A DNA stretch of 64,000 nucleotides from a bacterium (GCA_035300645.1 DATGVF010000076.1:59-64058), one strand, 5' to 3'; positions 47,227-58,135 are shown, numbered from the stretch's first letter. The notes: a model not told the origin generated them from the letters alone. Numbers and translations are program-made.

Positions 47227-47430
47227 AGAAGGAGATAGGGGACCGGCAGGGATTCTCTTCCCTGAGACGAACCGTCCCCGACGAGCCTCTAGACAGCTAG
47301 ACCCCGGACGGCCGGCACTCCAGCCCGGTTTTGGTCGCGTGTATCGAGTGATTCCAGTCCACCCCGCCGGCGGTCACATAGGATTGCCAACCAGGCCTTC
47401 CCAACTGGTAGACGATTTAGAGGAGACAGG

Positions 47431-48687
47431 ATGAGAAGACAGATAGAGCACCGCTGGCACCTAAGCGCGTGGACGGCCGTCGTGCTGGTGGCCGCCGTCG
47501 CGGGGACCGCGGCAGGGGCGATCTTCGGCGACGTGGTTGGCCTGCCCGCGCAGCGAGCGATCGAGCGGTTGGCGGCAAAGGGCATCTTCAAGCTTGGGGA
47601 TGACAAATTCACCCCGGCCGGTACGCTCTCGCGGGCGGACTTCTCCGTGTTGCTGACTCGTGTCCTGGCATTGTCTGGCCAGGGGGTGCCGTTGCCTAAT
47701 TTCAAAGACGCGGCCGAGATTCCGAAGGATGCCCAACCGGCCGTCGCCGCCGTGACCAATCTGGGAACAGTGTCGCCAACAAGGGCAGAGGTGCGCACCG
47801 GCCCGCTGGTTTACGTGCTCGCCACCGACAAGACGGTCTATGGGCCCACCGACACAGTGCAACTGACCTTTACCATCTCCAACACCGGCAAGGAAAACGT
47901 CAAATTCGAGTTCGCGAACTCGCAGCAGTACGATTTCCTCATCAAGAATGGCGAGGGAGCAGAAGTCGCCCGGTGGTCGCTGGGTTTGGCGTTCCGCCCG
48001 TTGGACGGGCCGATCACGCTGGCGGCAGGGAAATCATTCGAGTACCACACTATCTGGAAGCAGCTCGATCAGAACGACGAACCGGTGCCTCCCGGTCGCT
48101 ATGAGCTCCAGGCGATCCAGACGACCAAGAGTTCTCCCACGGTGCTCTCGGTCGTTTTGTACCGTGGAGTCCTCCCTGGGTATGCGGATAACACGTTTCG
48201 CCCGAAGGAGGACGTCACGCGGGTCGATGTAGCGGCCGTCATCGTGCGGGTGCTAGGCTGGGGCGAAACTCCCCAACAGTCCCTCGCCGTGACCGATGTA
48301 GACGCGATCCCCTCCGCGTTGCGTGGTGTCGTCGGGGTCGCCCTAGAGCGCGGCGTCATTAACGCCCTGCCTGATCGGACGTTCCGACCGGCGCGAGCGG
48401 CGACGCGTGCGGAGATCGCCTGGGCGCTGGACAAGGTCATGGATACTCTCCAGCGCTACGACTTCTCCGCGGGCAAGCTAAAGGATATCCGAGTGGGCAC
48501 GCCGACTCTGCTCGTGGTCGAGGATCTCAAACAGGCTCAACGCACGTACCGCGTGGCTCGCGCGCATGCCGTGTACCGCAACAACGCCGCAACGGAGCTC
48601 GCAGCGCTGAAGCCCGGCGACGCCCTGCTGTTCCTGAAAGTCGGCGACGTGGGCGACGTGGCCTATATCGAAGCGACCGGCAACTGA
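47431..48687 (+). CDS. SLH-domain cell-surface protein with an internal BsuPI-like (intracellular proteinase inhibitor) domain
   Basis: The N-terminal region and two C-terminal regions match the SLH consensus. The central block TVQLTFTISNTGKENVKFEFANSQQYDFLIKNGEG is BsuPI-like. Confidence 0.7.
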   Translation: MRRQIEHRWHLSAWTAVVLVAAVAGTAAGAIFGDVVGLPAQRAIERLAAKGIFKLGDDKFTPAGTLSRADFSVLLTRVLALSGQGVPLPNFKDAAEIPKDAQPAVAAVTNLGTVSPTRAEVRTGPLVYVLATDKTVYGPTDTVQLTFTISNTGKENVKFEFANSQQYDFLIKNGEGAEVARWSLGLAFRPLDGPITLAAGKSFEYHTIWKQLDQNDEPVPPGRYELQAIQTTKSSPTVLSVVLYRGVLPGYADNTFRPKEDVTRVDVAAVIVRVLGWGETPQQSLAVTDVDAIPSALRGVVGVALERGVINALPDRTFRPARAATRAEIAWALDKVMDTLQRYDFSAGKLKDIRVGTPTLLVVEDLKQAQRTYRVARAHAVYRNNAATELAALKPGDALLFLKVGDVGDVAYIEATGN

Positions 48688-48703
48688 TCGGAGGGATGCG
48701 CCG

Positions 48704-49375
48704 ATGAAGTTCTTTCTTGATACCGCTAATGTCGAGGAGATTCGCAACGCGCATCGTTGGGGCATCCTGGATGGGGTCACCACCAACCCCACTCTCATCG
48801 CGCGGGAAGGGGCCGACTATCGCACGGTAGTGCGGGAGATTGCCACCATCACGAGTGGACCAATCTCGGTGGAAACCACCTCTGATCGCGCGGAGGAGAT
48901 GATTACGCAGGGGAGGGCTTATGCCACGTGGGCCCCCAACGTCGTCGTGAAGGTCCCGGCCACGCCCGACGGAATCACAGCGGGCGCCACGCTGGCACGC
49001 GAGGGGCTCCGGGTGAATGTCACCCTGATTTTCTCTGTGAATCAAGCATTGCTCGCCGCGAAGATCGGCGCGTACTTCGCGAGCCCGTTCTTGGGCCGGC
49101 TGGATGATATCGGCCAAGACGGCATGCAGGTGGTTCGTGAGGCGGTCCAGATCTACCGGACGTATGGGTTCACGACGCAGGTGCTTGCCTCCAGCCTGCG
49201 CCACCCGCTGCACGTGACCCAGGCCGCGCTTGCAGGCGCGCACATTGCCACCATGCCATTCAAGGTGGTCTCAGCGCTCTTCACCCACCCCCTGACCGCC
49301 CAGGGGCAGGAACGGTTCTTGTCCGACTGGCGACAACTCCAGGTTGCACTCGAGCAGCGAAAGACAAAAGTGTAG
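48704..49375 (+). CDS. tal: Transaldolase (short Tal/Fsa subfamily)
   Basis: MKFFLDTANVEEI...GVTTNPTLIA, 223 aa. Confidence 0.85.
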   Translation: MKFFLDTANVEEIRNAHRWGILDGVTTNPTLIAREGADYRTVVREIATITSGPISVETTSDRAEEMITQGRAYATWAPNVVVKVPATPDGITAGATLAREGLRVNVTLIFSVNQALLAAKIGAYFASPFLGRLDDIGQDGMQVVREAVQIYRTYGFTTQVLASSLRHPLHVTQAALAGAHIATMPFKVVSALFTHPLTAQGQERFLSDWRQLQVALEQRKTKV

Positions 49376-49483
49376 AGGGGATCAGGCGACCCGGCCCGCG
49401 CCGTCAACGGCGGAATCGCGGGACCACGGCGCTGTCTACCTGCACAAACACGGTGGTATACCGCACCCGAGGGGGCATAGGCA

Positions 49484-50746
49484 GTGACGGCAATTGCTGA
49501 GCTAGAGACCAAAACAATGGCGGAGCTCCAGGATATGGCCAAGGAGCTCAACATCGCCAACTTAAAGCGCTATCGCAAGCAAGAACTAATCATGCGTATC
49601 CTGCAAGCCCAGACCGAACAATCCGGCTTGATGTTCCGGTCAGGCATCTTGGAGATCATGCCGGAAGGGTATGGATTCCTCCGCCATGAGGGCTACCTTC
49701 CGGGGGCCGAAGACATCTATGTTTCGCCCTCGCAGATCAAGCGCTTTGGGTTGCGCGTGGGCGACGAAGTGTTAGGCCAAGTGCGACCGCCCAAGGACAA
49801 CGAGAAGTACTACGCGCTGCTGCGGGTCGAGGCCGTCAACGGATTGGATCCTGAGCAGGCGCGCAACCGGCCCGATTTTGAACGGCTCACCCCGGTCTTC
49901 CCCCATGAACGCATCAAGCTTGAGAGCGACGGCGACGTCACGACACGCATGATCGATTTATTCGCCCCGATCGGCAAAGGGCAGCGCGCGATGATCGTCT
50001 CCCCGCCCAAGGCAGGCAAGACCACCATCCTGAAGAAGGTCGGGCAGGCTGTCGTGAGCAACTTTCCGGAAATTTACGCCATGGTGCTGCTGCTGGATGA
50101 GCGGCCCGAAGAGGTGACGGATATGCGCCGCTCGGTGGAGGCGGAGGTGGTGGCGTCCACCTTCGACCGGCCCCCCGAGGAGCACATTCAGGTGGCCGAC
50201 CTGGTCCTGGAGCGGGCCAAACGCCTGGTCGAAGGAGGGCGCGATGTCGTTATCCTGCTGGACAGCCTCACCCGATTCTCCCGCGCCAACAACCTGGTCA
50301 TCCCACCCTCCGGCCGGACGCTGTCGGGAGGCCTGGATCCGGCCGCGCTGCACCGCCCCAAGCGCTTCTTCGGTGCCGCGCGGAAGATCGAGGAGGGCGG
50401 GAGTCTCACGATCGTGGCCACCGCGCTAATCGACACCGGCAGCCGGATGGACGACGTGATCTACGAAGAGTTCAAGGGTACCGGCAACATGGAGATGCAC
50501 CTAAACCGCAAACTCCAGGAGCGGCGGACCTTCCCGGCAATCGACATCAAGATGAGCAGCACGCGGCGGGAGGAGCTGCTGTTGACCGAGGACGAGTTGC
50601 GCAAAGTGTGGGTGCTGCGTAAGAGCCTGGAGCAGCTCGACACCGTGGCGATGACCGAGTTAATCCTTGACCGACTGCGCAAGACCGCCAACAACCAGGC
50701 ATTCCTCAAGTCCATCGTCAAGAGCGCCGAGGAGGATGCCCAGTAG
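49484..50746 (+). CDS. rho: Transcription termination factor Rho
   Basis: N-terminal Rho_N ([16 protein letters not shown]), OB-fold, RecA-type ATPase with PPKAGKT Walker A; 420 aa. Confidence 0.95.
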   Translation: MTAIAELETKTMAELQDMAKELNIANLKRYRKQELIMRILQAQTEQSGLMFRSGILEIMPEGYGFLRHEGYLPGAEDIYVSPSQIKRFGLRVGDEVLGQVRPPKDNEKYYALLRVEAVNGLDPEQARNRPDFERLTPVFPHERIKLESDGDVTTRMIDLFAPIGKGQRAMIVSPPKAGKTTILKKVGQAVVSNFPEIYAMVLLLDERPEEVTDMRRSVEAEVVASTFDRPPEEHIQVADLVLERAKRLVEGGRDVVILLDSLTRFSRANNLVIPPSGRTLSGGLDPAALHRPKRFFGAARKIEEGGSLTIVATALIDTGSRMDDVIYEEFKGTGNMEMHLNRKLQERRTFPAIDIKMSSTRREELLLTEDELRKVWVLRKSLEQLDTVAMTELILDRLRKTANNQAFLKSIVKSAEEDAQ

Positions 50747-50975
50747 GGCGACGGCACTTCGGTACCTCCTGCGGATGACACGCAGGCGGCCAAGGGGCGA
50801 GGTGTCTGCGCGCCACCCTCTCCGGAGGTCACTGCCCCGCTTACCGTGGGCGCGTCTTCGTCTCGGGGCCTCGATGCCTGGGCAGAAATTCGATGCGCTG
50901 CGTCGGAGATGGAAGACATCGATTGACGGCCTGCGCACGCCGCCCGCTGTGATTCGCCCGGCCGAACGCACCGAA

Positions 50976-52079
50976 ATGGCGATAAGGACCCGGAGAGTGC
51001 GGCGGTCGTGGCTCCAGGTGTTTGTCTTAGGCTTCTTCCTCCTTCCGGCCTTCAGCGCGCCAGAACTTCCCAACTGGCCCTTCGTCTCAGACTCCGTCGC
51101 GTTCTTGGATGCCGTAGAGGTCCACAGGCACGCCGTGGAGACCTTGGTTTCCAACGCGATGATTCCCGCGATCTCTTTGACCCCATCGCTGCCAGCCGCC
51201 ATGGACCCTAAAGTGTCGAGTACGCTGACTGCCGCCCGACCCCGGTTCCGGGGGACGTCAGCATCGCTCGTCTCTCGGAGCAACGGAGCTTCCGTTGACC
51301 CTTTCGTCATCGTGGCCGAGGGGCAGACGTTGTGGGGGATCGCCCAGAGCCACGGCGTCGCCGTCGAAGACCTGGCCGCTACCAACGGCCTCGGTGTCAA
51401 AGATCTCCTGGGGGTCGGCCAGCAGCTGGTTATCCCGCCGAAAAGCTCCTTGGCAGGGCGTGGTGGGCTGGCTGGCGCCGTGCCGGCGGTGTCCCGGCCG
51501 ATCGGCGCGACCCGACCGGTCACCGTGCGAGTCCGTGAAGGGGAGACGCTGTGGGAAATTGCTGAGGCTACGGGCCTCCCGGTGGACGCGATCGTGAACG
51601 CCAACGAGATCCCAGATAGCGCCTCGGTCCATACTGGGCAGCGGTTGACGATCCCGGGTGGAGCACTCGATGTGTTGAGGCGTGTCACCGCAGCGCGGAG
51701 AGTCGTCAGTATCGCTCAGAACTTCGTGTGGCCCGTGCGCGGCCAGTTGACGTCTCGCTTTGGCTGGCGCCTGACCGGTCATCACAACGGGATCGATATC
51801 GCCGCCCCGCGAGGCTCGCAGATCTTAGTGGCCAAGGATGGCCACGTTGTCTATGCGGGATGGTTCTTTGCGTATGGACTGGCCGTCATCGTGGATCACG
51901 GCAACGGCATCAGCACAGTGTACGGGCACGCATCCAAGCTGCTCGTTCCTATCGGGGAGGTCGTGGAGACAGGGCAGGTGATCGGCCTGGTGGGTTCGAC
52001 CGGGGATGCCACAGGTCCCCACCTGCACTTCGAGATCCGGAGCAACGGAATCCCTCTCAACCCCATGAAATACCTCTAG
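50976..52079 (+). CDS. Secreted LysM-repeat M23-family peptidase
   Basis: Signal peptide MAIRTRRVRRSWLQVFVLGFFLLPAFSA, two LysM repeats, C-terminal M23 domain (HNGIDIAAPRGS...HLHFEIR). Start chosen by signal peptide (ORF open from 50667). Confidence 0.8.
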   Translation: MAIRTRRVRRSWLQVFVLGFFLLPAFSAPELPNWPFVSDSVAFLDAVEVHRHAVETLVSNAMIPAISLTPSLPAAMDPKVSSTLTAARPRFRGTSASLVSRSNGASVDPFVIVAEGQTLWGIAQSHGVAVEDLAATNGLGVKDLLGVGQQLVIPPKSSLAGRGGLAGAVPAVSRPIGATRPVTVRVREGETLWEIAEATGLPVDAIVNANEIPDSASVHTGQRLTIPGGALDVLRRVTAARRVVSIAQNFVWPVRGQLTSRFGWRLTGHHNGIDIAAPRGSQILVAKDGHVVYAGWFFAYGLAVIVDHGNGISTVYGHASKLLVPIGEVVETGQVIGLVGSTGDATGPHLHFEIRSNGIPLNPMKYL

Positions 52080-52196
52080 TCTGCAGGCAGACCTCCTCGT
52101 GCTCGGAGACCGGTGTGAGAGGGGGGCTGGTTGTCCGAGACGTCATCACGTGCTACAATGCTCTGGCTTTTCCGGCGCCTCTCGCCTGAGGCGGGG

Positions 52197-52212
52197 GGCG
52201 TCAATTGACGCC
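52197..52212. promoter_or_regulatory. Perfect 16-bp palindrome GGCGTCAATTGACGCC 27 nt upstream of rpmE; candidate operator, preceded by a TACAAT -10-like box (52154-52159) and a small hairpin (52176-52193)
   Basis: Exact palindrome read directly from the sequence. Confidence 0.35.
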
Positions 52213-52238
52213 GGGGCTTAAAGCGTGCGGCGTCCGAG

Positions 52239-52451
52239 GTGTTCCAGATGAAAAAGGGAGTCCATCCTGCGTACTACCAGGCGACAGTGACGTGTGCTTG
52301 CGGCAACACGTTTTTGACGGGGTCGACCAAAAAAGATATCCGCGTCGAGATCTGCTCACGCTGCCACCCGTTCTACACCGGCGAGCGCAAGTTTATTGAT
52401 GCCGAAGGCCGGGTCCAGAAGTTTGCCAAGAAATACGGGCTGAAGGTGTAA
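52239..52451 (+). CDS. rpmE: 50S ribosomal protein L31 (Zn-ribbon C+ form)
   Basis: [10 protein letters not shown]...CACGN...[10 protein letters not shown], 70 aa. Confidence 0.95.
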   Translation: MFQMKKGVHPAYYQATVTCACGNTFLTGSTKKDIRVEICSRCHPFYTGERKFIDAEGRVQKFAKKYGLKV

Positions 52452-52482
52452 GCGCGTTCGACGGGTCCAAAAAAGATTAACG

Positions 52483-53160
52483 GTGGGGGTGGCTGGTCCG
52501 CCCCCACCGTTGACGTCTGAGGGGGACGCACGGGCGGGAGACCAGTCCCTCAGTCTATCCTCTTCCGTGGGGTGGGCCGTGGATGGCGGTCGGGCAGTAG
52601 GCCGCATTGAGGTCATTTGCGGCAGCATGTTCAGCGGAAAAAGTGAGGAGCTGATCCGGCGGGTGCGCCGCGCGCAGATCGCCCGCCAGCGCGTGCAGGT
52701 GTTCAAACCAGTCCTCGACGACCGGTATGGCCGGCAGCAGGTCGCATCGCATGATGGCTCGCGCCTGGAAGCGGTTCCCATCGCCCGTAGCGAGGAGATT
52801 CTGACTCACCTGCAGGCAGGTGTCACGGTCGTCGCGGTGGATGAGGCCCAGTTTCTTGATGAGCAACTGCCCAATGTGGCCGGACAGCTCGCCGCCCGTG
52901 GCCTCCGCGTCATTGCTGCGGGCCTCGACCTGGACTTTCGTGGCGAGCCCTTTGGGGCCATGCCCCGCCTGATGGCGATGGCCGAAACCGTCGACAAGCT
53001 GCAAGCCATCTGCATGGTCTGCGGGGCTCCCGCTAGTCGCACCCAACGGCTGGTGAATGGTTCTCCAGCGAAGTACACCGACCCCGTGATTCTAATTGGC
53101 GCGCAGGACGTCTATGAAGCCCGCTGCCGTCTCCACCACGTCGTGCTGGGCGGACGATAG
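52483..53160 (+). CDS. tdk: Thymidine kinase
   Basis: [18 protein letters not shown]-loop and a C-terminal Zn-binding CxxC...CxxC. The true start is probably an internal GTG (52567 or 52579). Confidence 0.85.
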   Translation: MGVAGPPPPLTSEGDARAGDQSLSLSSSVGWAVDGGRAVGRIEVICGSMFSGKSEELIRRVRRAQIARQRVQVFKPVLDDRYGRQQVASHDGSRLEAVPIARSEEILTHLQAGVTVVAVDEAQFLDEQLPNVAGQLAARGLRVIAAGLDLDFRGEPFGAMPRLMAMAETVDKLQAICMVCGAPASRTQRLVNGSPAKYTDPVILIGAQDVYEARCRLHHVVLGGR

Positions 53161-53162
53161 CC

Positions 53163-54134
53163 GTGTCCCATCCGGGGAGAGAGCCCCTGTCATTCGTGGT
53201 GGAGGAAGTCGAGCGGAAGACGCGTCTGCTGCCCGGTGCGCGCACTCGTCTGCTGATCGGCGGTCAGGCTGTGATCGAGGGTGTGATGATGCGGTCTCCC
53301 CAGTGGACGTCGACCGCGATCCGCCGTCCGGACGGGGCGATTCGCGCGGTCACCGAGCCACATGCCTCTCTCCTGTTGCATTTCCGCTGGTTGCGGGCCC
53401 CCGTCGTGCGGGGGTGTGTGGCCCTCTATGAGTCCCTCACGATCGGCATCAAAGCGCTGCTGCTGTCGGCCGGTCTGGCCACCGCAGAGCAGGCATCTCT
53501 CACCGGTCGGCAGGTCGCTGCGACGGTGAGTGCCGGGGTAGGAGTAGCCCTGGGTCTGTTTTTCGTGCTGCCGGCTGCGGTCATCCGATCGCTGGACGTG
53601 TACGTTCCAAGTGTCGTCGTGTCGAATTTGGCCGAAGGTGCCTTGCGTGTCTTGATCCTCCTCACCTACGTTGCCGGGATTGGCCGCTTGCCCGACGTGG
53701 CCCGCGTCTACGCGTATCACGGCGCCGAGCACAAGGCGGTGAATGCGTATGAGGCGGGGGCGCAACTGCGGGCGGAGGCGACCCGCGGCTTCAGCCGGTT
53801 CCACGTGCGGTGTGGGACAAGTTTTCTCCTCATTGTGATGATCATGGCGATCGTCGTTTTCTCGTTCCTCGGACGGCCCCCGCTTGCACTTCGCCTCGCC
53901 TCTCGTATTGCGCTCATCCCGCTCGTCGCCGGGTTCAGTTATGAGCTGATCCGCGCGGCCGCACGCTTCCGGTGGCTTCGTCCCGTAGTGGTCCCCGGCC
54001 TGTGGCTGCAGCGGCTGACCACCCGGGAGCCGGACGACCGGCAACTTGAGGTCGCCGTGCGGGCCCTGCGCGAAGTGGTCGAACGCGAAGACGCCGCGCC
54101 CTCGTCCGGACCCTCGCCTGCAGCCATCTCGTAG
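53163..54134 (+). CDS. DUF1385-family membrane protein (YqhQ-like)
   Basis: GGQAVIEGVMMR N-terminal signature, polytopic C-terminal half. Confidence 0.7.
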   Translation: MSHPGREPLSFVVEEVERKTRLLPGARTRLLIGGQAVIEGVMMRSPQWTSTAIRRPDGAIRAVTEPHASLLLHFRWLRAPVVRGCVALYESLTIGIKALLLSAGLATAEQASLTGRQVAATVSAGVGVALGLFFVLPAAVIRSLDVYVPSVVVSNLAEGALRVLILLTYVAGIGRLPDVARVYAYHGAEHKAVNAYEAGAQLRAEATRGFSRFHVRCGTSFLLIVMIMAIVVFSFLGRPPLALRLASRIALIPLVAGFSYELIRAAARFRWLRPVVVPGLWLQRLTTREPDDRQLEVAVRALREVVEREDAAPSSGPSPAAIS

Positions 54135-54164
54135 CGTTCTCCTGTTCGGTATAATGGACGTGCG

Positions 54165-55250
54165 ATGGGAGTCCAAACGCCGCTCATGCTGGATAAACTA
54201 GAGGCGCTCGCCGCCCGCCACGAGGAACTCCTCCGCGGCATGGCCGATCCCAAGGTCCTGGCGAGCCCGGATCGGTTCCAGCAGTTGGCGCGTGAGCAGG
54301 CGTCACTCGCGGATACGGTGTCTACGTTTCGGGAGTTCCAGCGCGTGGCACGAGAAGCGGAAGAAGCCGCGGCGATGGCTCAGGGCGAGCAAGACCCCGA
54401 GATCCGCGAAATGGCGCGGGCCGAGGAGACTCGCCTCCGCGCCCAGCAGCGGACGCTGGAAGCAAAGCTGCGCGAGTTGCTCATGCCCAAAGATCGTCTC
54501 GCCGATCGCAACATCATCATGGAAATCCGCGCGGGGGCGGGCGGAGATGAGGCAAGCCTCTTTGCCGGCGAACTGCTGCGGATGTACTCGCGATACGCCG
54601 AGCGCAAAGGCTGGAAAGTCGAAGTCTTGGAGAGCAGCCCCACGGCCCTGAGAGGATATAAGGAGATCATCTTCGCCATCCAGGGCAAGGGGGTGTACCG
54701 TCAATTGAAGTACGAAAGCGGCGTGCACCGCGTGCAGCGGGTGCCGGTGACCGAATCGTCCGGCCGGATCCACACCTCCACAGCTACCGTCGCTGTGCTC
54801 CCCGAAGCGGAGGAAGTTGACGTGCAGATCCGCCCGGATGAGATCGAAGTTGATACTTACCGTGCCGGCGGCGCCGGCGGGCAAAACGTCAACAAGGTCG
54901 AAACCGCGGTCCGCATTCGCCACCTGCCTACTGGTTTAGTCGTTGCCACCCAAGACGAACGCTCGCAGCACCAGAATCGGGAAAAGGCGATGCGCATCTT
55001 GCGCGCCAGGCTGCTGGAGATGGAGGTGCGGCGGCAGCAACAAGCCATTGCCCAACAGCGTAAGCAGCAGGTCGGCACAGGGGAGCGCAGCGAGAAAGTC
55101 CGCACGTACAACTACCCCCAGAATCGTGTGACGGATCACCGCATCGGCCTGTCGCTCCATCGATTGGACGCCGTCTTGGATGGCGACCTGGATGAGTTGA
55201 TTCAAGCGCTTGCGTCCGCCGAATTTGCTGCTGTGGCTGCGGCCCCGTAA
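54165..55250 (+). CDS. prfA: Peptide chain release factor 1
   Basis: GGQ motif ([18 protein letters not shown]) and PxT-type decoding region; 361 aa. Confidence 0.95.
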   Translation: MGVQTPLMLDKLEALAARHEELLRGMADPKVLASPDRFQQLAREQASLADTVSTFREFQRVAREAEEAAAMAQGEQDPEIREMARAEETRLRAQQRTLEAKLRELLMPKDRLADRNIIMEIRAGAGGDEASLFAGELLRMYSRYAERKGWKVEVLESSPTALRGYKEIIFAIQGKGVYRQLKYESGVHRVQRVPVTESSGRIHTSTATVAVLPEAEEVDVQIRPDEIEVDTYRAGGAGGQNVNKVETAVRIRHLPTGLVVATQDERSQHQNREKAMRILRARLLEMEVRRQQQAIAQQRKQQVGTGERSEKVRTYNYPQNRVTDHRIGLSLHRLDAVLDGDLDELIQALASAEFAAVAAAP

Positions 55251-55264
55251 GGTCGCTCAAGTCT

Positions 55265-56221
55265 GTGGTCAGAGCCGAACGTCCCGATCACTTACAGGTC
55301 GTCCATCCCCCCGTGCCGACCATCCACGAGGGGTATCTGTGGGGGTGCGAGCACCTCGCGGCCTCTGGCAGTGCGGAGGCGGCGATTGAGGCCGAGGTGC
55401 TCCTGCGCCACGTCCTGGGCCTCGACCGGGCTGGCCTCTACATCCGATGGATGCAATCTCTGACAGAGGAGGCGTGGGGGAGATACCGCCGGCTCCTGGA
55501 GGAGCGCGCCACCGGCCGTCCTGTTCACTATATCGTCGGGCAGCGAGAATTTATGGGGCTGCCATTCACGGTGGATGAACGGGTGATGATCCCCCGGCCG
55601 GAGACGGAAGGACTTGTCGAATACGTGATCCGGGCCGCTCAGACGGCCGACGCCCCGTTGCGTCGGGGGGGAGATCGCCGCACGGGACCCAAGGCTGACG
55701 TCGTGGTGGTCGACGTCGGGACCGGCAGCGGCTGCATTGCCGTGAGCGTCGCGCACTACTTGCCTGAGGCGACGGTGTTTGCCATTGATATCTCGGAAGA
55801 CGCCCTGACGGTGGCTCGGAGTAACGCCATCCGCCATGGAGTTGATGGGCAGATCCGGTGGCTCCACGGCGACCTGCTTAGTTCTCTGCCAGTCGACATG
55901 GCCGGGCGTGTGGATGTGGTCGCTAGCAATCCTCCGTACGTGTCCCGCGGCCAGCGCGAGGGGCTCCCCCGCGAGATCCGCGATTTCGAGCCATCAGGGG
56001 CAGTATTTGTCGACGGCGACGGGACCGCTGTCCATCGGCGCCTTATCGCTGACGCTCCCACCTGGCTGGCAAAGGCGGGGCAGCTGGTGATGGAGGTCGG
56101 TTTCGGTCAGGCTGACGCTGTCGCAGACGCCGTCCGGCAGGATCACAGGTATGCCACCGTCTCGATCATGCCGGACTACGCCGGCATTCCGCGCGTCGTG
56201 GCCGCCACGCGACAGCGCTAG
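55265..56221 (+). CDS. prmC: Release factor glutamine N5-methyltransferase PrmC/HemK
   Basis: VVASNPPYV (NPPY) motif and VVDVGTGSGCIAV SAM-binding motif. Start likely internal (around 55300-55330). Confidence 0.85.
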   Translation: MVRAERPDHLQVVHPPVPTIHEGYLWGCEHLAASGSAEAAIEAEVLLRHVLGLDRAGLYIRWMQSLTEEAWGRYRRLLEERATGRPVHYIVGQREFMGLPFTVDERVMIPRPETEGLVEYVIRAAQTADAPLRRGGDRRTGPKADVVVVDVGTGSGCIAVSVAHYLPEATVFAIDISEDALTVARSNAIRHGVDGQIRWLHGDLLSSLPVDMAGRVDVVASNPPYVSRGQREGLPREIRDFEPSGAVFVDGDGTAVHRRLIADAPTWLAKAGQLVMEVGFGQADAVADAVRQDHRYATVSIMPDYAGIPRVVAATRQR

Positions 56222-56269
56222 GGGATGCCTGCGGAGGGACGCCGGAGGGTCGGGCGGAACTAGTAGACG

Positions 56270-56938
56270 ATGTCCTACTCCGGCCTCACCTTTGCTAACC
56301 TTCAGCCGTTCGATCCACGTCCAGTTCCGATCATTCGAGCGATAGGCGAGGACTCGCAGGTCCCCCGGCGCGCCATCGAGGCTCTCCGGCGGGGACAAGC
56401 GATTGTGTTTCCCACCGACACCGTCTACGGTCTGGGATGCCGCATCGACGACGAAGGGGCCGTCCGGCGCATCTACGAGATCAAAGGCCGGCCGCCCACC
56501 GAACCACTTCCGGTTTTGCTGGCCGATCCTATTCAGGTGCAGACCTACGCGCGCAGCGTGAACGCCGCAGCGCAACGCCTCATGAGCCGCTTTTGGCCCG
56601 GGGCCCTGACACTCGTGTTTCTCCGTTCCGATCGCATCCCGCTGGCTGTGGCGGGGGGCGGGGAGACGGTGGGATTGCGGGTCCCGGCCCATCCTATTCC
56701 GCGTGCGCTTGCGCGCGCCATGCTGATACCCATCGTCGGCACCAGCGCGAACTCCCACGGCATGCCTGCGCCCGTCACCGCGCAACTTGCCGTGTGGGAC
56801 CTGGGCGACCGCGTGGACCTGGTGCTCGATGGCGGCCGCGCGACGCTCGCGCGGGAGTCGACGGTGGTGGATGTGACGGGCAGTGTTCCCCGCCTCGTTC
56901 GCCAAGGAGCGATCCCCGCAGGAGAATTGGGCCTGTGA
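56270..56938 (+). CDS. tsaC: L-threonylcarbamoyladenylate synthase TsaC/YrdC/Sua5 family (YwlC-like)
   Basis: AIVFPTDTVYGLGC and IKGRPPTEPLPVL YrdC-domain motifs; 222 aa. Confidence 0.85.
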   Translation: MSYSGLTFANLQPFDPRPVPIIRAIGEDSQVPRRAIEALRRGQAIVFPTDTVYGLGCRIDDEGAVRRIYEIKGRPPTEPLPVLLADPIQVQTYARSVNAAAQRLMSRFWPGALTLVFLRSDRIPLAVAGGGETVGLRVPAHPIPRALARAMLIPIVGTSANSHGMPAPVTAQLAVWDLGDRVDLVLDGGRATLARESTVVDVTGSVPRLVRQGAIPAGELGL

Positions 56939-56942
56939 GCCG

Positions 56943-57440
56943 ATGAAGATAGCGATCGCAAGCGACCATGCCGGGTTCCGCCTGAAAGAGGAGATCAAGC
57001 AACTCCTCCGCGAGCTCGGGCACGAGGTGCGGGATTTCGGCGCACACTCCGAGGAGCCGGTGGATTATCCCGATTTCATTGTGCAGGCAGCGGACGCGGT
57101 GCGGCGAGCGGAGTGCGAGCGCGCCATCGTGCTCGGCGGGTCCGGCAATGGCGAGGCGATGGTTGCGAACAAGGTGCCGGGAATCCGGTGCGCGCTGTGC
57201 CATGATGTGACGACGGCGCGCCTGGCCCGCGCCCACAATGATGCGAACGTGCTCGCCCTCGGTCAGCGCATCACGGGGAGCGAAGTCGCCAAGGATGTCG
57301 TCGAAATGTGGCTGGACACTCCCTTTGAGGGAGGGCGCCATCAGCGGCGACTAGACAAGATGGCAGCCGTGGAAGCCAAGCTGGCCGGACGGGCCGCGCC
57401 GGCGCGCAGTGGAGCACACAAGACCCGACGAGGGGGATGA
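56943..57440 (+). CDS. rpiB: Ribose-5-phosphate isomerase B
   Basis: [19 protein letters not shown]-terminus. ATG 56943 chosen for a GGAGA RBS (ORF open from 56883). Confidence 0.85.
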   Translation: MKIAIASDHAGFRLKEEIKQLLRELGHEVRDFGAHSEEPVDYPDFIVQAADAVRRAECERAIVLGGSGNGEAMVANKVPGIRCALCHDVTTARLARAHNDANVLALGQRITGSEVAKDVVEMWLDTPFEGGRHQRRLDKMAAVEAKLAGRAAPARSGAHKTRRGG

Positions 57441-58135
57441 GAGATATGAGCAAAGGGTCGGCGTCCCGCGCCGGGGGGCAAACACGCGGCGGTGGTACCG
57501 CGGCGACGGGGAAGCTCTACGTCTTTGACCACCCGCTGATTCTGCACAAACTGACGATCCTCCGCGACAAGCGCACGGGCCACAAAGAGTTTCGGGAGCT
57601 AGTCGAAGAGTTGGCTATGCTCATGGCGTTTGAGGTCACACGCTCCCACCCGACCCGGGAGATCGAGGTCGAGACCCCGCTGGCACGGACGAAAGGCCGC
57701 AGTATCGCGGGGCGGGAGATCGCGGTCATCCCGATTCTGCGCGCCGGCTTGGCGATGGAAGTGGGGATCACGCGACTGATTCCCACCGCTCGCGTCGGGC
57801 ATGTGGGCATCTACCGGGACCCCGAGAGCCTGGAACCTGTTACCTACTACTCGAAGCTCCCCGTGGACATCGCGGAGCGCGAGGCGATGATCGTGGACCC
57901 GATGCTCGCGACCGGGGGGTCCATTGTCGCCTGCATCGACGCTCTCAAGCAGCGGGGATGCAAGACGATCAAGGTGATGACCATCATTTCGGCGCCCGAG
58001 GGGATTAAGAAGGTGCACGAGGCCCATCCGGACATTGAAATCTACACCGCCGCCGTAGATAGTCACCTCAACGACCACGGCTACATTGTCCCCGGGCTCG
58101 GCGATGCAGGCGACCGGTTGTTCGGGACAAAGTAG
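57437..58135 (+). CDS. upp: Uracil phosphoribosyltransferase (with a ~25-aa Gly/Ser/Arg-rich N-terminal extension)
   Basis: [18 protein letters not shown] core; ATGA overlap with the rpiB stop. Confidence 0.85.
   Translation: MRDMSKGSASRAGGQTRGGGTAATGKLYVFDHPLILHKLTILRDKRTGHKEFRELVEELAMLMAFEVTRSHPTREIEVETPLARTKGRSIAGREIAVIPILRAGLAMEVGITRLIPTARVGHVGIYRDPESLEPVTYYSKLPVDIAEREAMIVDPMLATGGSIVACIDALKQRGCKTIKVMTIISAPEGIKKVHEAHPDIEIYTAAVDSHLNDHGYIVPGLGDAGDRLFGTK

Noticed and set aside
50747-50975. Extra gene between rho and the M23 peptidase
   Set aside because: The open frame here is the 5' extension of the peptidase ORF before its signal peptide. A small hairpin (CCTGCG-gatgaca-CGCAGG, ~50772-50790) after rho was seen, but no separate gene is supportable.
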